NCBI GenBank assembly: GCA_043228905.1
Contig: JBHGNT010000013.1
Coordinates: 10,974,001 to 11,038,000 of the forward strand
DNA from: Azolla caroliniana
Taxonomy: Eukaryota > Plantae > Polypodiophyta
Reading direction: 5' to 3'
Length of the DNA stretch: 64,000 bases
The translations under genes were made by a program, and so were the position numbers. The notes below the pieces were generated by a model. The model had not been told where the DNA came from. It searched no databases and was given only the letters and a program-made list of their open reading frames with translations. Within the stretch, counting starts at the first letter, position 1. Each line of letters opens with the position of its first letter. Shown piece after piece: positions 63,459-64,000 of this stretch.

Positions 63459-64000
63459 ACGGTGTTCTCCTTTTGCCGCTGTAAGTCTGTGACATTCTGC
63501 TCGTTTGCTTTCTTCACCCATTCCATCGCTTGCTTCCGGATGGTCTCCTGCGTCTCCCATTCCTTGGCCATGCCCTTCGACCTTGTGGTCACCTGCTGCA
63601 GATCTGCCACCTCAGGGACTACCATATTTACTGCCGGTCGTTTTTCATAGTTTTTCACTGGGCATTGATTACTATAATGGCCTTCCTGTCGGCAGTAGTA
63701 GCAGTAGGCTTTTCAGGTATTGCTGGATTCGGCATTGTCTGTTGTACCCGAGGCAGGTCCTGTGGTAAGCGCGGGGTTTTGGGCCGGTTGGCTGCTTGAA
63801 GCTCCTTGTTCCGGATCCCGTGGGTAGCCGCCTTATTTGAAATGCCGTTTTTTGTTATAGTTCTTCTTATTGCGGTACTCTTGACGAGGTTGTTCGTTAT
63901 ATCTGCCGTATTCCTCCCGTTGCTGCAGATACCCGGGGGAGTGCTCCCGGTCGTAATGTTCGTATCGTCTATTGTAATCCCGGTACTGATCATATCTATC
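63459..64000 (-). pseudogene. gag: C-terminal gag of F
   Basis: CYYCRQEGHYSNQC knuckle and AVNMV..QQVTTRSKG, matching A gag. Confidence 0.85.

Larger units (their letters stand above)
48876..64000 (-). mobile_element. OTA-like gypsy element F (same family as A); 5' end beyond the window; interrupted by E
   Basis: 3' LTR 48876-49308, extra ORF, INT, RH, RT, PR (52730-56378), gag resuming at 63459. Confidence 0.92.

Overview
This is eukaryotic, plant-type heterochromatin, probably from a moss or other non-seed plant (an inference from the TE lineages). It is almost entirely a nest of transposable elements, and I found no ordinary host gene. Three Athila/Tat-clade (OTA-like) Ty3/gypsy elements lie on the minus strand: A (<1-5478), B (~6902-44463, heavily interrupted) and F (48876->64000). 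A Ty1/copia element (9386-13950) carries a solo LTR inside it. A tRNA-Trp-primed, 4-bp-TSD gypsy family (Phygy-like) is present as C (21709-43257), E (56379-63458), a non-autonomous gag-only derivative D (39761-43239) and four solo LTRs. A truncated LINE lies at ~46960-48875. The stand-out object is an intact 8,947-bp DNA transposon (28640-37586; 36-bp TIRs, TACC TSD) inserted in the integrase of C. It encodes a 926-aa Sola-like DDD transposase and, divergently, a six-exon ~974-aa protein fusing a ParB/Srx-like domain to a beta-class N6A/N4C amino-methyltransferase, whose first intron holds five CpG-rich palindromes spaced 51-52 bp apart. Other notable signals: a tRNA-Arg 3'-end copy where the PPT should be in the OTA elements, tRNA-like A/B boxes inside LTRs, an NCGN target preference, and a -1 frameshift site after the protease. 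Family names come from motif recognition only; no database search was run.
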